Of a stretch of DNA of 64,000 bases, positions 58,230 through 64,000 are shown piece after piece; position 1 is the stretch's first letter, and each line of letters begins with the position of its first letter. The DNA is taken from positions 1,478-65,477 of the forward strand of contig JAVHLM010000029.1 in the NCBI GenBank assembly GCA_031082125.1. Direction: 5' to 3'. This DNA comes from Vulcanimicrobiota bacterium. Lineage in GTDB: Bacteria > Vulcanimicrobiota > CADAWZ01 > Ess09-12. The position numbers and the translations under genes were made by a program. Under the pieces are notes generated by a model. That model was given only the letters and a program-made list of their open reading frames with translations. It had not been told where the DNA came from and ran no database searches.

Positions 58230-61200
58230 ATGGAATTCACCACCCCCATTGCCATCGTGGGAGCAGGCGGACTGTTCCCCGGAGCGCCTTCGCTTGAGTC
58301 TTTCTGGACCCTCATCAGGGAGGGAAAAAGCGCCTCGCGTGAAGTACCGCCGGGGCGCTGGATTCTGCAGCCCTCAGAGGGTTATTCCCCCGGTGCCATA
58401 AGGCCTGACAGGACTTATTCCTCAAAGGGATGCTTCCTTGATGACTTCTCCATCTCTGAAAAGCTCGACTTCACAGGGCTTGCCGTTGATCAGGGTACTC
58501 TCTCCAGGCTTGATCCCCTCTTTCACATTGCCCTCATGGCGGCGGTGGAGGCCTTCAGGAGCGCCTCCACTGGATCGGTGCACCGCTCCAGGACAGGCGT
58601 CATAATAGGGAATATCGCCCTCCCTACAGAGACCTCGTCGGCCATCTCAAGGGAGATCCTGGAGCCTGCCATCGAGGAGCTCGTCACCGGGGCCAGGGGC
58701 AGAGCTCCCCTCACCTTCACCGATCCCCTCAATGCGTGGGTGAACGGCCTCCCTGCCGGTTTCATCGCCCACGCCCTGGGCCTTGGCGGGGGAAGCTTCA
58801 CCATTGACGCGGCCTGCGCGTCATCGCTTTACGCCGTGAAACTGGCCTGCGACAGGCTGCTCTCCGGGAAAGCCGATATGATGCTCTCGGGAGGCATCTG
58901 CCGCCCCGACTGTCTTTACACGGCAATGGGCTTCTCGCAGCTCTCGGCCCTCTCGCCTGACGGCCTGTGCGCCCCTTTCGATGTGAAAGCCAATGGCCTC
59001 GTGATAGGAGAAGGTGCGGGCATCCTTGTCCTCAAGCGCCTTGAAGATGCCCTCGCCCAAGGTGATGACATTCTTGCAGTGATTAAAGGCATCGGCCTTT
59101 CAAACGACATTGAAGGCTCTCTCCTCGCGCCTGACAGCGAAGGGCAGCTCCGTTCCATGGAGGCAGCCTACCGCCAGGCCCGGTGGCTTCCTTCCGACGT
59201 AGACCTCCTGGAATGCCATGCTACAGGGACTCCCGTCGGTGATGCCGTGGAGTACCAGAGCCTCAGGAAGCTCTGGGAGAGGAACGGATCATCCTTCCGG
59301 GAGGGGCAGTGCGTCATCGGCTCGGTGAAGTCCAATGTGGGCCATCTCCTCACGGGCGCCGGCGCTGCAGGCCTTATCAAGGTCCTCCTGGCTCTCAGGG
59401 AGAAAGTGCTGCCGCCTACAGCCAACTACACCGTCTCCCCGCCTTCCTTTGACCTCCCCGGAAGCCCTTTCAGAGTTCTCAGGAAAAGCGAGCCATGGCC
59501 TGAGAGAGCCGGAGGAGCCCCTCGGCGTGCAGCCGTGAGCGCTTTCGGCTTCGGGGGCATCAATGCCCATGTGCTCATCGAGGAATGGCAGGGTACGGGG
59601 AAAAAGATCTCTGCCGTGAAGGCCTCCTCCCTGAAGGAGGGCAGGCCCGTGGCGATCGTGGGAATTGACGCCCGCTTCGGCCCCTATGACACCCTTGAGA
59701 AATTCAGGCATGCCCTCTTCGACAGTACCGCAAGAGAGGAGCCCGGGGCAAAAAAGGGCTGGTACGGCGTGCCCTCTTCGTCATGGTTTCACAGTGAGAT
59801 GGGAGAATCAGAGCCCGAGGGCTTTGGAATTGACGACATCAAGGTCCTCCCCGGCCAGTTCAGGATTCCTCCCGTGGAGATAAGCGAGATGCTCCCCCAG
59901 CAGCTCCTCATGCTGCTCGTGGCAGCAGGGGCCTTGAAGGACGCCGCGACAGCCCCTGCAGATCATGACACTGCGGGCGTCTTCATAGGGATATCCTTTG
60001 ATTTCAGCACCACCACATTCAGCGTGCGCTGGGACATGGCGAACAAGGCTCCCCTGTGGCTCCCCCCAGGAGTCCCCGGCAGTGAAAAGGACCTCCAGGA
60101 CTTCGCAGGAGCGCTCCGTGACACAGTGGGCCCTCCCCTGAACGCCAACAGGACCATGGGGGCCCTGGGGAGCATCGTGGCGAGCAGGATAGCAAGGGAA
60201 TTCCGCTTCGGCGGCCCCTCTTTCACCGTCTCGTCTGAGGAGTGCTCAGGGCTTGCCGCCCTTGAGGTGGCGATCACGAAGCTCTCGTCGGGAGAAATTG
60301 ACTGCGCCCTGGCCGGCGCCGTCGATTTTGCCGGCGATATCCGGGCCCTGATCGCAAGGCGCCGGGCCGGGGAAAAGCCATGGCCTCTTTTCGGCGAAGG
60401 GGCGGCGGCAGTGGTGCTCAAGAGGCTCGAAGACGCCGAGCGCGACGGCGACCGGATATATGCCGTGATAAGGGCCACAGGGCTTGCAGGGGGAGGGAAG
60501 CCCGGCTGCGATGGCCCCGGGAAAGACACCGTGCTGCGGGCCCTCAGGAGAGCCTGCAGCGAAGAGAGGCACCCCCCGGGATCAATGGATTTTGCAGGTA
60601 TCATCAGCGCTGAATCTGGAGCGGCATGGGCCGGAGAGCTCTTTTCTGAAAGCAGGTGGAATGAACCTGTCGCAATTGGTGAAGTTGCTGAATGGACCGG
60701 CGATGCGGGGGCTGCTACGGCATTCGCATCGGTGGTGAAGCTCTGCCTGATGCTCTCCCATCACCTGATCCCCCCTTCGCAGGACGTGAGAGCCCTGGTG
60801 GAAGGCGCTCCGGAATGGCCTTTCTGCCCCCCGGGGAAGGCGCAGCACTGGCTCAGGAACAGGGCTGAGGGCCCCCGGAAGGGCTCGGTGACCTGTTCCT
60901 CAGTAGACGGCACCTGCGCCCATGTGATCCTGGAAGAATATGAGCCGCAAGCAGGGAGAGCCCTGCCGGCCCCTCCCGTCACTGTGCAGGAAGCCCTTTT
61001 CGCCCTCAGGGCCGGCACTGATCACGAGCTCCTCGCAGAGCTGGACCGCATGGAAAGCTTCCTGGAAGGGAAAGGAGGGCAGCCACTGGCCTGGAGCTCT
61101 TCACAATGGCTGTCGCGGCAAATGGAGGAGAAAGGAGGGAGTCACAGGCTGGCCATCATCGCGAGAGATCATGACGAGGCCGCCCGTCTCATCGGGCAGG

Positions 61201-64000
61201 CGCGGCAGGCCATCTCCCGGAAGCCTGGCGTTCCGCTCAGGATGAGGCCCGCGGGAAACGAAAGAGAAGGTGATGCCCTTTTCTATGCTCCCCTATCCGA
61301 AAAGCCCCGGGGAAAGACCGCATACGTGTTCCCAGGCTCTGGGAACCATTATCCCGGCATGGGAAGGGAGCTTACCGCCGCCTGGTCTTTTATTGCCGAG
61401 AAGCAGGACAGGGAAAACCTCTCCCTCAGGAGCCAGGTCATGCCGCACCTGTTCTGGAGCCTTGAATCCCTAGACGGAATATCCGGCAATCACAGGGCTC
61501 TCATGGAAGGGCAGGTTGCCATGGGGACTCTCATGGCGGATCTCCTGGGGCACCTCGGCATCAGGCCTGAAGCTGCCATCGGCTACAGCCTCGGCGAGAT
61601 GGCAGGCCTCTTTGCCCTGAGGGCCTGGCGCGCAAGGGACGAGATGCACAGGCGGATGGAGGAATCCCGCCTCTTCACCGATGAGCTTGCCGGTCCCTGT
61701 AATGCTGCCAGGGCAGCCTGGGGCCTCAATGCTTCCGAAGAGGTCCGCTGGGCCATCGGTGTCATCGATGCCCCGGCCGTCGTGGTCAAAGAAGCCCTCA
61801 GGGGAAGAAGCCGCGTGTACCTCCTCATCATAAACACTCAGTCAGACTGCGTTATCGGCGGTGACGAGCGTGAAGTTTCAATACTCGTCAGAGACCTTGG
61901 CTGCTCCTACCTCCCGGTAAGCGGCGTCACTACTGTACACTGCGAGGTAGTAAAGCCCGTGGCGGACATTTACCGGGACTTTCACCTCTTCCCTGTCACA
62001 GCGCCCGATGGCATCAGCTTTTACAGCACCGGGTGGGGTAAGTGCTACGACATGACGATGGAGAGGGCTGCCGATGCCATACTGGCCCAGGCTCTTGACA
62101 CTGTCGATTTCCCCCGCGTCATAGAAGCCGCCTACCATGATGGCGTGCGCACCTTCATAGAGATAGGTCCCGGCCCCTCCTGCACAAGGATGATTGGAAG
62201 GATCCTTGAAGGCAGGGAGCATACCGCCCTTGCAGCCTGCAGGGAGGGGCATTCTGAGGTCTCTTCGGTTCTGAGGCTTGCGGCGCGCCTCTTTACTGAA
62301 GGCCTGGATATCAACCTTGAGAAGCTTTTTTCCCCCCTTGAGTCATTGAAGGTGCCGGAAAGCGCCCCTTCAGCGCCCAGGGCAATCAGGCTTGATACGG
62401 GAGGCGGCCCTTTCAAAACCCCGGATCTGCCCCGCCCCCTCTCCGAAAAGAGTGCGCCGGAACCTTCCCGCAGCACGGTAAAGAGAGACACCCCTCCCAA
62501 TCCCGAGCCGGACCCGGTCATGAGCATGTTTTATGCCATGGAGCAGGCCAAGCTCCAGGCTCATGAAAGCTACCTCACCTTCACCAGAAATCTGACGGAT
62601 GCCATGGCGCAGCAGATGACACTCCAGATGGCGCTCCTTGAGGAATGCGGCGGGGAGCTTGCCGGCCTGGAAGATATCCATGGCCTTCTGGACAGTCCCG
62701 CCCCCTCGAAAGCCTGTCCCGCCGGAGCTGCTCTCAAGGTTACTGAGCTTTTGCCAAAAGCAATGCCCGATACTCTTAAAGCAGTTTCACCATTGCCTCA
62801 GGTCCTGCCTGCCGCGCCGGCGGCGCCCGGGAAGAGGCCTTTCATGGACAGGACTGCATGCATGGAATTTGCCGTGGGAAGCATCGCCAAGGTTCTCGGC
62901 CCTTCTTATCGCCAGGTGGACAGCCACCCCACGAGGGTCCGCCTCCCCGATGAGCCCCTCATGCTCGTGGATCGCATTATCGCCGTTGAAGGAGAAAGCC
63001 AGTCCCTTAAAAGCGGCCGTGTCATCACCGAGCATGACATTCTTCCAGGGGCCTGGTACCTCGACGGGGGACGTATTCCCACATGCATAGCCGTTGAGGC
63101 CGGCCAGGCCGACCTTTTCCTTTCAGGCTACCTGGGAATCGATTCCATCACCAGGGGACTCGCCGTGTACCGCCTCCTTGATGCCGTCGTCACCTTCCAC
63201 GGCCCCCTCCCGGGACCAGGCGAAGTGATTCATTACGATATCTCCATCGACAGGTTCTTCACCCAGGGTGACACCTGGCTCTTCAGGTTCAGGTTTGACA
63301 GCACGGTGGGAGGCAGGCCCCTCCTCACCATGCGGGAGGGCTGCGCCGGCTTCTTCACCAGGGAGGAGCTCGAGGCCGGGAAGGGGATTGTCCATACCTC
63401 CCTTGACACGAGGCCCCTGGAGGGAGCAGTCCCGCCCGGATGGTCATATCCCGTGCCCATGGGTTACGAGGCATACAGTGATGCCCAGGTTGAGGCTCTC
63501 CGCAAAGGGGATCTCGCCGGGGCCTTCGGCCCTCGCTTTGAAGGCCTCCCGGTGAAAAAACCCCTTACTATTCCCGGTGGAAAGCTCATGAGGCTCGTGG
63601 ACCGGGTGCAGCACCTCGATCCCCGCGGGGGAAGGTTCTCCCTCGGCATCATCCGTGCCGAAGCTGACATTCACCCCGACGACTGGTTCCTCACGTGCCA
63701 TTTCTCCGATGATAATGTCATGCCGGGGACCCTCATGTACGAGTGCTGCATGCACACATTCCGGATTTTCCTGCTGCGCATGGGATGGATAGCCGAGGAA
63801 GGCCAGGCCGCATGGGAACCTGTCCCCGGCGTGGCAAGCGGCCTCAAGTGCCGCGGGCAGGTCATCGAGAGCACAAGAAAGGCCTGCTACGAGGTTTCCA
63901 TCAAGGAGATGGGCTTCCGCCCCGAGCCCTATGCCATAGCTGACGCGCTCATGTATGCCGACGGCAAGCCTGTGGTGGAGATAAGCAATATGTCCATGAG
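58230..64000 (+). CDS. pfaC: PUFA-synthase-type subunit KS - CLF(KS-like) - AT - FabA-like DH x2 (PfaC/Pfa3-like); 3'-partial, continues beyond window
   Basis: KS VDAACASSLYAVKLACDRL; second KS-like domain; AT IGYSLGEMAGLFAL; two hot-dog domains with the FabA signature LTCHFSDDNVMPGTLM. There is no stop codon before 64000. Confidence 0.85.
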   Translation, partial: MEFTTPIAIVGAGGLFPGAPSLESFWTLIREGKSASREVPPGRWILQPSEGYSPGAIRPDRTYSSKGCFLDDFSISEKLDFTGLAVDQGTLSRLDPLFHIALMAAVEAFRSASTGSVHRSRTGVIIGNIALPTETSSAISREILEPAIEELVTGARGRAPLTFTDPLNAWVNGLPAGFIAHALGLGGGSFTIDAACASSLYAVKLACDRLLSGKADMMLSGGICRPDCLYTAMGFSQLSALSPDGLCAPFDVKANGLVIGEGAGILVLKRLEDALAQGDDILAVIKGIGLSNDIEGSLLAPDSEGQLRSMEAAYRQARWLPSDVDLLECHATGTPVGDAVEYQSLRKLWERNGSSFREGQCVIGSVKSNVGHLLTGAGAAGLIKVLLALREKVLPPTANYTVSPPSFDLPGSPFRVLRKSEPWPERAGGAPRRAAVSAFGFGGINAHVLIEEWQGTGKKISAVKASSLKEGRPVAIVGIDARFGPYDTLEKFRHALFDSTAREEPGAKKGWYGVPSSSWFHSEMGESEPEGFGIDDIKVLPGQFRIPPVEISEMLPQQLLMLLVAAGALKDAATAPADHDTAGVFIGISFDFSTTTFSVRWDMANKAPLWLPPGVPGSEKDLQDFAGALRDTVGPPLNANRTMGALGSIVASRIAREFRFGGPSFTVSSEECSGLAALEVAITKLSSGEIDCALAGAVDFAGDIRALIARRRAGEKPWPLFGEGAAAVVLKRLEDAERDGDRIYAVIRATGLAGGGKPGCDGPGKDTVLRALRRACSEERHPPGSMDFAGIISAESGAAWAGELFSESRWNEPVAIGEVAEWTGDAGAATAFASVVKLCLMLSHHLIPPSQDVRALVEGAPEWPFCPPGKAQHWLRNRAEGPRKGSVTCSSVDGTCAHVILEEYEPQAGRALPAPPVTVQEALFALRAGTDHELLAELDRMESFLEGKGGQPLAWSSSQWLSRQMEEKGGSHRLAIIARDHDEAARLIGQARQAISRKPGVPLRMRPAGNEREGDALFYAPLSEKPRGKTAYVFPGSGNHYPGMGRELTAAWSFIAEKQDRENLSLRSQVMPHLFWSLESLDGISGNHRALMEGQVAMGTLMADLLGHLGIRPEAAIGYSLGEMAGLFALRAWRARDEMHRRMEESRLFTDELAGPCNAARAAWGLNASEEVRWAIGVIDAPAVVVKEALRGRSRVYLLIINTQSDCVIGGDEREVSILVRDLGCSYLPVSGVTTVHCEVVKPVADIYRDFHLFPVTAPDGISFYSTGWGKCYDMTMERAADAILAQALDTVDFPRVIEAAYHDGVRTFIEIGPGPSCTRMIGRILEGREHTALAACREGHSEVSSVLRLAARLFTEGLDINLEKLFSPLESLKVPESAPSAPRAIRLDTGGGPFKTPDLPRPLSEKSAPEPSRSTVKRDTPPNPEPDPVMSMFYAMEQAKLQAHESYLTFTRNLTDAMAQQMTLQMALLEECGGELAGLEDIHGLLDSPAPSKACPAGAALKVTELLPKAMPDTLKAVSPLPQVLPAAPAAPGKRPFMDRTACMEFAVGSIAKVLGPSYRQVDSHPTRVRLPDEPLMLVDRIIAVEGESQSLKSGRVITEHDILPGAWYLDGGRIPTCIAVEAGQADLFLSGYLGIDSITRGLAVYRLLDAVVTFHGPLPGPGEVIHYDISIDRFFTQGDTWLFRFRFDSTVGGRPLLTMREGCAGFFTREELEAGKGIVHTSLDTRPLEGAVPPGWSYPVPMGYEAYSDAQVEALRKGDLAGAFGPRFEGLPVKKPLTIPGGKLMRLVDRVQHLDPRGGRFSLGIIRAEADIHPDDWFLTCHFSDDNVMPGTLMYECCMHTFRIFLLRMGWIAEEGQAAWEPVPGVASGLKCRGQVIESTRKACYEVSIKEMGFRPEPYAIADALMYADGKPVVEISNMSM

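Noticed and set aside
1-64000. tRNA, rRNA, tmRNA, CRISPR, integrase/transposase
   Set aside because: Scanning the intergenic regions by eye gave no cloverleaf-like or conserved RNA sequence and no recombinase motif. This cannot be excluded without tRNAscan/Infernal, but nothing supports a call.

Overview
A high-GC (about 60%) bacterial chromosomal window that is densely coding on both strands. No rRNA, tRNA or CRISPR array was recognised. The provided ORF track uses GTG/TTG as well as ATG starts, so many N-termini are over-extended. High GC also produces many spurious antisense ORFs inside real genes.

Main content by coordinate:
- 1-4.3 kb: a small accessory islet. It holds an HNH nuclease, the remnant of a racemase gene, a membrane protein, a glycine-zipper protein and a VapBC toxin-antitoxin pair with a textbook promoter and operator.
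- 4.4-8.8 kb: a secreted S9 peptidase, an ankyrin/TPR protein and a secreted hypothetical protein.
- 8.8-21 kb: a PEP-utilising-enzyme-family protein with a rifampicin-phosphotransferase-like domain order, the classic alpha-2-macroglobulin plus PbpC periplasmic defence operon, and an orphan PAS histidine kinase.
- 21.3-28.8 kb: a same-strand string of genes in the order UXS, WbqC-like, RfbB, class-IV aminotransferase, GlgP and class-I aminotransferase.
- 28.8-33 kb: mixed accessory genes (MBL hydrolase, periplasmic ankyrin protein, tandem flavodoxin-like oxidoreductase, GNAT, HExxH protein).
- 33-39 kb: a complete pyrimidine operon on the minus strand with fused pyrB-pyrI and fused pyrD-pyrK.
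- 39-41.6 kb: a frameshifted ankyrin-WD40 gene, a low-GC intergenic stretch with a small ORF, and a recurring 35-nt intergenic motif.
- 41.6-49.6 kb: an S46 dipeptidyl peptidase, a methyltransferase, a polysaccharide deacetylase, an atypical 1169-aa double-AAA+ Clp-like ATPase and an EcsC-like protein.
- 50.0-64.0 kb: the most notable locus, a PUFA-synthase-like (pfa) iterative PKS/FAS cluster with the enoyl reductase first (pfaD). It is followed by a KS-AT-3xACP-KR-DH megasynthase and a KS-CLF-AT-DH-DH gene that runs off the window end.
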